From positions 620,001 to 684,000 of the forward strand of contig BDGG01000016.1 of the NCBI GenBank assembly GCA_001949185.1: a stretch of 64,000 nucleotides of DNA, read 5' to 3'. A model generated the notes under the pieces. It did not search any database, was not told the origin of the DNA, and was given only the letters and a program-made list of their open reading frames with translations. This stretch comes from Ramazzottius varieornatus. Its lineage: Eukaryota > Animalia > Tardigrada. The number at the start of each line of letters is the position of its first letter. Position 1 is the first letter of the stretch. Positions 54,388 to 64,000 of this stretch are shown here, piece after piece. Position numbers and translations under genes: made by a program.

Positions 54388-56833
54388 CTAAACATCACGT
54401 TCTATTATGGCATTTCTGTCTTTTCCCACACCGATCCACCGGATGGGTACGCCCAGCTGCTGCTCCATCACGCCAATGTAATCCTGCGCTTCCTTCGGCA
54501 GTTCCTCGAACCTCCTAGCCCCTGAGATGTCATTCTTCCAGCCCTTGACCGTCACATAATCGACATGGACTTTATCCAACAACGACAGGTCAGCCGGAAA
54601 CGAGTCCAGCACCTGCCCTTCGTACCTATACGCCACACCAATCTTGATCTCGTCTAAGGTGTCCAGAATGTCCAGCTTGGTCACTGCCAGTGCCGAGTAC
54701 CCATTCAGCATGCTAGTATACTTCACTACCACCAGGTCCAACCACCCACAGCGACGTGGTCTCTTGGTCGTCACACCGAACTCGGCTCCTCGCTTCTGCA
54801 TCATGGCACCGATGTCTTCGGTTAGCTCGGTGGGGAAGGGGCCGTCTCCAACACGGGTGGTGTAGGCTTTGACGACACCGTACACGTCTCCGATAGCCTT
54901 CGGTGGAATACCTACAAAAAAAACCATTACACTCTGTTTAGTTTGGGACCACACAGACAAACGCAACGAGATCGCTTTTCCAAGTAGTGCACGTTTTGAG
55001 CCAATAATACTAAAAAGGTGCGCCACTTTGTAAAGCAATACTAATCACGCTCGTTTGCCTTGCTCCTATCTTTCTCGTTCGAGTTGTACCAGATTGATAT
55101 TCAACCACACTGTTTTAGCTACGAGTGTTTTTTATCTGTTTATGGGTTTTACCTAGGCCAGTGAGGACGCCGCCGACGGTACAGTTGGACGAGGTGACAT
55201 ACGGGTACGTCCCGAAGTCTATGTCCAACATGGCTGCATTGGCACCTTCGACGATGATGAACTTGGAGTCGACGCTGTTGATAGCCTGGTTCGTGAAGAA
55301 GACGGTGTCTTTGACCATCGGACGGACTTCCTCGGCGTACTTCTTGTATCTTGCCAGCTCCGCATCGACGTCGACCTTCAAGTCGGGAAACGCTTGTTTG
55401 TGGATCCGCACGACATTGTGAAACCTGCGATAAAAAAAAGACTTTCGTCACATGATGTTAGCGGTAGTTCGAAACAAGGCTTTGGAGATTCGCGCACTCG
55501 CCGAGAAAGTCAAGCCTTCTGACCTGAATTTCCTCAATTTCTTAGGTAACTTTAAATAGCTTATTGACTTGGCTCAAATTTGAAGTTTTCTTCGTGAGTC
55601 GTGACGCACAACCTCATAAAACTACGCGGTATTACGCCTATGGGATAATCAGGTCAGATGACATGATCAACATGTCAAAACCGCAGTCGACTGATTTTCT
55701 GCGACGCACGACTAGCTATCAATAGAATACAGAATCAGTATGGTATTTGGCTGGCTGCTGACTGGACAATTTATAGTCTAACTTGTCCTGTACCGTGTTC
55801 GAGGTTCGTTCTGTTCCTCGCTCCCTGCGCAAAGCTTCGTGCACTGCAATAAAAAGGAGACATGAACTATTACAATACTCACTTCTCGCTGAAGCGATCA
55901 AAGTCGCCGATCAGGTCAGAGATTCGTACGCCGTGACGACTGGCTTTCGAAGCGTATGTTGGACCAATGCCCTTCTTCGTTGTTCCGAGCTGCTGCCTTA
56001 AACCAGAAGAATAATCATGATTACTATTTCACCAAAGATTGGCAAATCGAAGTTGGAACGAGCAGTCCGGCCCCTTCCTCGGAAAAGTAATCCATGACGC
56101 AATGGATCACCTGACTAGAACCCACACTATTGCACAAATAAAACCACGCGATACATGACGTTCCCCGTGAGCACTGAGTAATGTAATTATAAACATTTTA
56201 ATATCTGGAAGTGTTCTGTTCATGTGCTCGGTACAACGGTATCCTAACATCCTGGCTTACTTCTTCAGGCCTTTCTCACTTTCCTGGAGTCCATCGACGC
56301 TCTGGTGGAGATCGAAGACCAAGTGTGCGCGATCAGAAATGAAGAGACGCTCGCGAATGCCCGACAATCCTTTCGCTTCGTTCTTGCTGATTTCTTCGAA
56401 TAATCCGGGTAGATGTACAACCACTCCATTTCCTATTTACAACGATGCTAGAGGTTCATGATACCCGTAAGAGCGACGAAGTAGAGCAGACATACCGATA
56501 ACGGATGTACATTTCGCGTTTATAACCCCGGAAGGAAGAAGGTGGAAGTCATATTCGGTGGATCCAACCACGACCGTGTGTCCAGCGTTATTTCCTCCCT
56601 GAAACACAATTTCCTGTTCCTAGACGATAGCAGGATAGTTGTATGAGTGGACTTACCGCACATCGGCAGACAACATCGGCTTTGACAGCTAGCAAGTCCA
56701 CAATCTTTCCCTTGCCTTCGTCGCCCCATTGCGCTCCCACAATGACGGTGGTTTGATTCTTCGGCCTTTGCGGTGTGGGACTCCTTGTACCGTTTATCGC
56801 CGGCATTGACAGGTGCTGTTGAGTGCTACTCAT
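54388..56833 (-). CDS. ADSS: Adenylosuccinate synthetase, multi-exon
   Basis: [139 protein letters not shown]. Confidence 0.97.
54945..55066. repeat. Same family, last AdSS intron
   Basis: GATCGCTTTTCCAAGTAGTGCAC, 25-nt spacer, GTGCGCCACTTTGTAAAGCAAT. Confidence 0.78.
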
Positions 56834-57177
56834 GGCTATCAGTCCAAGGATTAAACAGATACGAAGCTGAGGATAGCTGGGTAAATTCCCCACGAGGAGA
56901 CGGAGGTTAGCCAATAACAACCTCGAAGCTGCGATAAGGAATGAATGAAACAAATTTCAAACGATAACCAGTAGAAAGTTGATAAACATCGTGTCCATCT
57001 GAGACCATCTTGCTATGAAATCTGCTTGGTCATGATACCAGCTGTCCCGTACGATGAGGCGGTAACCTGAGCGGAGAACGTCCAGAGTTCGATTCCAACT
57101 GTGTGGACTTTTTAAGTCTTGTGGCACGTTGCAGATGGACAGATTCATAATTCAATTTTTATTCGTTACTCGGTAGT

Positions 57178-57759
57178 GGACCTGTTTCGCAAGTCATGTT
57201 TTCGGCTGCACAGCATAGTATAGGTTTTATGCTGTGCAGTTATCCACGGCTTATGTTTTGCCTTATATCGCTGCATAGAATTTCAAATTCTGTGCAAACT
57301 GAGTTGATTGTACTATTGACCACTTTGATCGAAATTTGAAATTTTGGTGGAGTGGACCGTGATCAGACCAATCAGCGAATTGGACTTGGCGCGTCAAGTG
57401 ACCCGAGCTACACGCCTCTCACACATTGCGCCACTTGACTTCCGCTCTCGTTCCTTCTCGAAATCCATCATATTTTCGACCGAAACTAGCATTGAAGTTA
57501 GGAAGAGATAATTGTCTTCCCGAAACTATCACCAGAAAAAGCGAAAGAAGTCCGGGCGTTATCTAGTAGAGGGCTAAATGATAGGCCCCGCGAATTCCGA
57601 TAGCCTGCTGAACCCGCGTGGCCTAATATCCCTTTATGCTAATATTCTGTGCCGGAAGTGAGCAAACCGCGAAACGGTTTCTGCACAGAAACTGACAGAG
57701 TATAAAATCATGAGATTTTATTCTATTCAGAGCCGATACATGACTTGCGAAACACGTCT
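57178..57759. mobile_element. MITE with 3-bp AGT TSD directly upstream of AdSS
   Basis: TIR GGACCTGTTTCGCAAGTCATGT / ACATGACTTGCGAAACACGTCT; AGT on both sides. Confidence 0.72.
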
Positions 57760-58478
57760 AGTGCCTCAGTGTAAACTTAAGGCTTGTCCAGATTAATACG
57801 GACGAATAAATAAAGCTTAAGTATGGGCGCAACATGAAAGAGGTTCACTGGACGTCGAAGGAAGGCCAGCTGGCCAAAGGCACTGGTTCCGACGGTCATG
57901 TTGTGCGGTACATCCATCGCCCTTGGCAACTTCCAATATCGAGGCAGAAAGTACTGATCTGCCCCAGCTGATTTGGCGGAAATGGCGGAAAAGGCGGGAA
58001 AGGCCAGGAATACACTGAACATCGTCAGGAGGAAGCTAGTCATCACCGCCGAAACAGCTGGACTCCGCTGGAGCTTATCGGTACGATGGATTAGACTAGT
58101 CTTTTTCAACTTTCACTTGTTTATAAATTTTTAGTTTTCGACGTTTTCTCTGCTGTTTTTCATATCTAGATGGAGTCTTTCGTTTTCGTGTGATGGCGCG
58201 CTTCGACGCTCGATTTTTTGTTGTTTCCTTCCGCTGATTCGACTTTTGTCTGCTTTGTACAGTCTTACCTTGTAAGTTGTCGTCAGAAGCATGACCCTTC
58301 TCACTTCCGCTTGGGACGACCCTGACTTAATCAAGAGCTTGACTCTGTGTTCTTGGTCCCTGTAACACGATGTTTAGCAGCACATCAGTGACGATAAAAA
58401 ATTACGAAACTGCCAGTTTGAACACACTAGAGCAACCAACAACAGAACACAGTTGGTCCGTCAATGGGTATGCCACTG

Positions 58479-59096
58479 CTGGACAAAACGATTGCATTTA
58501 GAAAAGTTTAAACGTTCAAGATTTGTAATTCGCCTCGCGATTGACGAAACGAAGGGGGGCTTCGTTCGTGAATCACGAAGAAAATCACCCGTAGATCTCA
58601 AACATGAACGAACTGCCGTCATTAATGCCCTGGCTGGCCCGAAGCACTGGGAAGCGTAATCGGTGCCCGAGCAACACAGGGCCTCCACTCCGGGCAATCA
58701 GTCAATCAGATTTGCATTTGAGCCGGCTCTTTTCTAACTTGGTGGGCTAATTACTGCCAAACAAACCACCATGACCAGCATCGGTCGTTTGTCCCATCGT
58801 TTTTCTCAGACTCGTCCACATTGTGCAACTTCTCAAAGCTTCTAGAGAATGCTTTTATAAACTTCGATTTTCAAAATTAATCAGTTCTCGTTTGTTCAAA
58901 CCATCTGCACAAAGTGCAACTTCTCTATTAATATTCGTCGTATAGGACGAACGGACAAAATCAAGGCGGGTAAGGGGTGCACTGAAATTTCGTCCGAAGT
59001 GGTAGCAGTGGTTTGGTCCTTCAACGTTGAAAACTTAGGGGTAGTGAGGTCGATGAGTAACGAGGAGGGATCCAGAAAGCGGAAGTCCATCTTCCT
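58479..59096 (-). repeat. 618-bp inverted duplication, right copy (MITE lacking one TIR, plus flank)
   Basis: Reverse complement of 52104-52721; preceded by GGTCCGTCAATGGGTATGCCACTGCTGG, identical to 44306-44333. Confidence 0.93.
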
Positions 59097-59352
59097 CTCG
59101 CCAGTCATCCTCGGGTTCTGAGCTGTGTCGTTTGACGTTGATGATTAGGTTCCTGTAAAGCAAGTGAAGTAAGTGTTATGTAGATCTTTCCATTGTTGGG
59201 AAAGTTCTAGAGGATGCTGGAAGAGTCAGCTGATCTGGATAGAATCTGCCAATCTGGAAGCTGGCACCTGCTGGCACCTGCTGGCACTGATGCACAGTGG
59301 TCAGGTTGCAAGCACAATCGTACTGTACTTGGAACACATAAGTTACCCAATA

Positions 59353-59602
59353 CAGTCCTACCTGTGAGATGTGACAGTTCAAACGCCCGAAATCAGTTCC
59401 GGACGGTTCTTGTGGGCACGGATTTGCTCGCCATACTGTGACCGATCAGCTGATCAGACACGCGCTTGATTACTTGAGCAAGTCAAAAGACAACCGGAGG
59501 TCGATCAGCTGATCGTGCTGCGCAGTGCATGGCCAGCAGTCTCGTGCAGAAACGCTGTTCGATTGCAGAAGAAGCAATTGTCACATGTCACAGGTAGGAC
59601 TG
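59353..59602. mobile_element. Tc1/mariner-type MITE
   Basis: TA|CAGTCCTACCTGTGAGATGTGACA ... TGTCACATGTCACAGGTAGGACTG|TA; two internal GATCAGCTGATC palindromes. Confidence 0.82.
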
Positions 59603-59609
59603 TACTTCA

Positions 59610-60061
59610 GCAGTGGGCAGAGTAGATCAGTAAGGCCGCGGCGTGGCCAGATGACATCAAATAGAGCAGGGCATGATATAAAGAATATCCGTAATCGACC
59701 AATCAAGGCACAGAACCTCTAACTTTGACAATCTTGATGGGCCGATTAAAGGAAATTTTTATCATTCCCGCTCCATACTTCTCAAACTAGTCCCGCCCAG
59801 TGTTATTTTAATCATTATAATAGGAAATCGGTTTTAATGATTAAAATCGTTTTAATTGTGCGGGTTAGTGTTTGCTTGATTGATTGATCCATAACAGGAG
59901 ATTTTTTTTTAGTTTTAATAATTGAAGCTCATCAGCGATAATTGATTTTACTTACAGTCTGCTGATCACGTAGACTTAACATTAGCACATGACTTTTAAC
60001 AATTTCAATTGCATAGTAAAATAACACCGGTCCCGCCTTATTGATCCACTCTGCCCATTGC
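59610..60061. mobile_element. MITE with 3-bp TCA TSD (PIF/Harbinger-like)
   Basis: TIR GCAGTGGGCAGAGTAGATCAGTAAGGC / GCCTTATTGATCCACTCTGCCCATTGC; TCA on both sides. Confidence 0.75.
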
Positions 60062-61256
60062 TCACTTTACAGTTTATTTTTCCGCGTTTGGTAAATTGGT
60101 ATCGTGTTTTTCCTACGGTGTGCGATAACTCTTGCCACCTCGTTATGGCAAGCGACGGGGTAGGCCGTCACCACTTCAAAAATTCGATGATAAAACTAAC
60201 CAGGAAAGAACGATCAATCAACGGTAGGTCGATTTGACGATCTTCAAACATCAAAATCTTCTAACCATTACAAAGCGAACAGACGCCGTTTCCGCTGATC
60301 TCATCCGAAGTTACCCCACCAAGGCAATGTTACTGCTGATAACCAACGACAATTTGAAAGAAATTACCCGTTGAAATGCAATATTTTCTGTTATGGAAGA
60401 TCTTCTCGACGATGCGTACCGTGATGCTGGGCATACCGTACTGCGCATCGAATTGTACGTATAACTATCGTACTGCAGTATGGATGATACAAAACAGGAT
60501 TAATTACGTCAGTAAAACTATACATGAAAGGAGAATTCATTGACGTCACAGGCAATGGCGGTTCTGATTGAACCGATCCTACACCGCAAGTTCCACCTTT
60601 CCATCTGATACCGCAGTTGTAGTACCGAGCTTACATCAGTGCTGGCAAAGTGTAGAAGATTTTCCCGACGTTTTGTTCGCTCCCAGCTTTGAACGATCTT
60701 TCAAGTTATCAAAACACGAGTAAAAATCCTAATTTCCCTTTGACCATCGTCCAGGACAGCGGCTGGACTGTTTCCGATGATATCCCACGCGAATTTCGCC
60801 CTTTTACTTCGACTTTTTCCCGCGGACCTGCACTCGCACAACCAACGTGGCCGTTTGCCTGCACCATCCTGCGCCATTCCTGAAAGAATATCTTCTTGTT
60901 ACTGCATTGTATGCTGGTAATTAGCGAATACTCGACTACCTAGAACCTTCTTTGATCGGTTTAGCCCAGATTATACCTGTTCTTTGCATTCATAGACATC
61001 CAGCTTGAAGGAATTGCAACGCCATGTTGGCTGCGCTCCCTTGACAGGATATACGCGTTGAAGACTAGCTGAAACCACCCCTTGGCTAAACCAAAACCTC
61101 AAGTAAGTTTCTCATGTCGTTTGTGAGTGTTTTACTTCCTCGGAGGAACGGTTTAGCGGTCTTTGAAAAGGGTTTTTTTTCTACCCCCATTTTGATAGTG
61201 TTGGAGTGATTATACAAGGAAATCAAGCGAAGGTGTTACGTTGTTACTTGCAGGAA

Positions 61257-64000
61257 ATGCCTCGCGCGAGAAGTCAGCGAGCTTCCCAGGTTCAAGTCGT
61301 CACGCCGAAGTCGACGAGAAAGACCGCTACAGCTCGGAAGAATCACCATGTGGAGGAAGAAGAGGAGAACGAATCGGGCAGTGATGTTGAGTCGCCTTCT
61401 GCGTTGACTGCTTCGGACTATCGCAAGCCGCGAAGCAGTGCGCGGGCCAAACGCGCAGCCACCAACAACCGACCTCCGCCACCCACTTCCGCTCGCTCTC
61501 GTCGTGGTAGAAAAGTGTCCGAGAGTTCGGACGACGAAGAAGAACCACCAGTCAGTGAGGAAGAATCATCCAGCGACGAAGAATCGGAGGAAGAGGACGC
61601 CGAGGCCGACGCGTCTTTCGAAGATCCGGACGATGGGGACTTCAATGCGGAAGAGGGCGATGCTAGCCAGAAGAGGACTTTCATCCCGAAAGATCGCGAT
61701 CCTGTGTACATACAGAATAGAGAAATCCCGCCGTTGGTATTACCACCATCTTCCGAAGATCTCATCTTACTCAACAATCTCCTCTTACAAGTAAGCTTTC
61801 TCTTTTCCGTCAGAACTTTAATATAATATCACTCATTCTACTCGCCTGAATGATGTGGACCCTGGGGGCTTAGAAAAAATGCACGAAATTATTATTGACT
61901 TCTCTGCCTGTGAGAATACTTGCTGGAGTTTTTGTCACGATTTGGGACGTGAGCAAATGATTAAGTGTCTTGAACTTATCGTTTTGCCAAGTGGCGCACA
62001 GTGTCAGCCACAATAACGAAGAAGTGCGCCACGTGAAATGACGATCATTTTCAGTACGTTTGCCAATGTTGCATTTTTTACTTTGAGTGTGGTATTTCTT
62101 AGTCTTTTGGATTATGTTTTGAATATCGTTTTCATGGATTATTCTGGTGGTTTTCAGGCTTTGGGTGTTTACGAAATTCTCCGGCGTTTCTTCCAAGGTC
62201 TCCAGCTGACGCCTTTCCGCTTTGAGGACTTTTGTTGTGCAGTCACAGCGGAAGAGAACTCTCGGTTGATTGCTGAAATCTTCAGTGCGGTCATCCGCCT
62301 GCTGGTTCGTGACACCGAGTCGTCTGGCTTCTGGCTCGCGCCCCACGATGAGAAGGATAGTATTTATTTACCAGTAGCGTGTCTCGATGAGGTGACTTGG
62401 CCGGAAATGCTCCGCATGTACTTGCAAAGTTCTCCGGAATATAAAGACGGGCTGAAGATTGTCGAACAGAGCAGCTTTCCTTGTGTGTCGGCGAAGAATA
62501 AGCTGGACTTGTTGGAAATGGTCAGTTCGGCTCTTCTGCGTTTACCAGGTAAGTTCAGAAAATGTATGGAAGCTCGGCAAGCAAGTTTGGTTTTTCACGT
62601 GGTGCACGTTTTTAGCATTTATAATTAGCAGCGTGCGCCACTTGGGAAAACGAGCTTCTAGAGTGTGATTGTTTTCCAAGGTGGCGCACGCTTCCGGTGT
62701 GATTGATTGAAATTGTGCGCTAATTCGGAAACTTGCTTTACGAGTTTGTTGTGGATGACTTCTTACAAAAACTTGGTCTTTTTAGGTGTGATACGCTCCG
62801 CGTTGACAGCTGACTTCGTAATCAGCCACGAAGAGCATTGTCGAAACTGTCAAAGACCGGGAGACCTCATCTGCTGTGAGCTCTGTCCAGCGACGTACCA
62901 CTTGGAGTGCTCTGTTCCACCGTTGAAAGAAATTCCGGAAGGCGAATGGGTCTGCCACATCTGCCGCCTGAACCAGGTATGCAGGAAGCTGAGCTTTCGA
63001 TATTTTTGAGTACGGAGTTAGCTTGAGCTGTATGTTTTTTCCTGCAGATACCTGGCGTCAGCGATTGTGTTAGCGAAGTGGAGAAGCAGAACTTACATAT
63101 GCGGATCGAACCGGTCGGATTGGATCGTCACGGAAGACGCTTCACATTCCTTGCTCGTCGTTTGTTTGTGTGAGTGATGAGCATTTTGCTATTGAGTTTT
63201 TGGTAGCGAGACTGAGGTGTGTTTGATACTTGCAGGTACGAGGAAGATGAGTCCAGAGTGTGGTACTACTCTACCCTTCCGCAGTTCGAACAGGTACTAG
63301 ATCTGATGGATCCTGAAGATTTGGAGAAGGAACTGTGCGAGGCAATAGATGAGCTACGGGATGAAGTGGAGAACCATTTTGACGTTACGCAGAAGCTGAC
63401 CAAGAAGTACTCGTCTGGGAGAGCAATCTACCTCGACCAAGCCAATGGTAAGGGAGACCAGCAAACTTTCTCCTGAAAAGTTTCTGCCGGTGAATGGGAA
63501 AACGCTGCTTAAACGAAGTATTATTGGGAATGACGACTTCTTATTTTCTACAGCGACCATTGCTGAAGAGCGGAAACGAAGGGAAGCAGAAAAGGCAAAG
63601 AAAGATGAAGAGGATAAGAAAGGCAAGGACTCGAAGGAAGATATAGTCGTCAAGGAAGAAATGGGAACTTCCAGTAGCAGTAGCACCGAGCCTCTTTCGA
63701 AGGACTGTTCTCTTGCCAAGCAAGAAGGAGTAGAGCCAGGTAAAACTGAGAAGCGCTTTATGGCTGGAAATTTTTCCTTAAAAAACTTGCTCCATTTTAG
63801 GACCGAAAATAGCGACAAGAACTCGAACGGGTGCTCTGGCTGCCAAATCCTACTCGGATAGTCTGCTGAAGAACGCCAAAGATGTGACGACCATCCTGGT
63901 TCCGCCGCATATCGATGGGTCTAACACCTTCGACTTGCTGAAAACTGCGGGGCCGTCGTACAAGCTGGGCGTAGAAGGCTTGTTCCGGTTGTACAAGAAC
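61257..64000 (+). CDS. BPTF: BPTF/NURF301 (E(bx)) nucleosome-remodelling factor subunit, 5' part
   Basis: Acidic N-terminus, IPPLVLPPSSEDL, DDT domain (ALGVYEILRRF...LTPFRFEDFC), WHIM1 (D.VTWPEMLRMYLQS), PHD finger (HEEHCRNCQRPGDLICCELCPATYHLECSVPPL..IPEGEWVCHIC), WSD region (EPVGLDRHGRRF.FLARRLFV, VWYYST), YKLGVEG. Confidence 0.93.
61949..62065. repeat. Same family, BPTF intron
   Basis: ATCGTTTTGCCAAGTGGCGCAC, 24-nt spacer, GTGCGCCACGTGAAATGACGAT. Confidence 0.8.
62568..62752. repeat. Same family, two tandem units, BPTF intron
   Basis: Outer GGAAGCTCGGCAA; spacers 62608-62632 and 62690-62714, 25 nt each. Confidence 0.82.

Overview
Eukaryotic, gene-dense genomic DNA from an invertebrate animal, probably a panarthropod given the boudin-, domeless- and vein-like genes; the species cannot be named from the sequence. 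Most introns are short GT-AG introns of about 55-90 nt. Genes, left to right: CUB-CUB-trypsin protease (-, runs off the left edge), boudin-like Ly6 protein (-), small secreted cationic orphan protein (+), MELK (+), domeless/gp130-like cytokine receptor (-), Vps34/PIK3C3 (-), decayed Ly6-like gene (-), vein/neuregulin-like Ig-EGF ligand (-), MTHFD2 (-), NSE4 (-), possible FIRRM/C1orf112 (+), BTB pseudogene (+), adenylosuccinate synthetase (-), BPTF/NURF301 (+, runs off the right edge). Non-coding DNA holds many non-autonomous TIR elements with 8-bp, TA, TTAA and 3-bp target duplications, plus a LINE remnant. Three observations stand out. (1) A palindromic element, arms TTTTCCCAAGTGGCGCAC / GTGCGCCACTTGGGAAAA, occurs at about 16 loci, almost all inside introns; its inner spacer is strongly diverged in sequence yet exactly 25 nt in 13 of 18 measured units. 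(2) The vein-like gene has two frame-incompatible alternative exons for the EGF C-loop, resembling vertebrate neuregulin alpha/beta splicing. (3) A 618-bp inverted duplication flanks AdSS with the geometry of a staggered-break inversion. Exon limits and counts were read by eye; no database searches were run.
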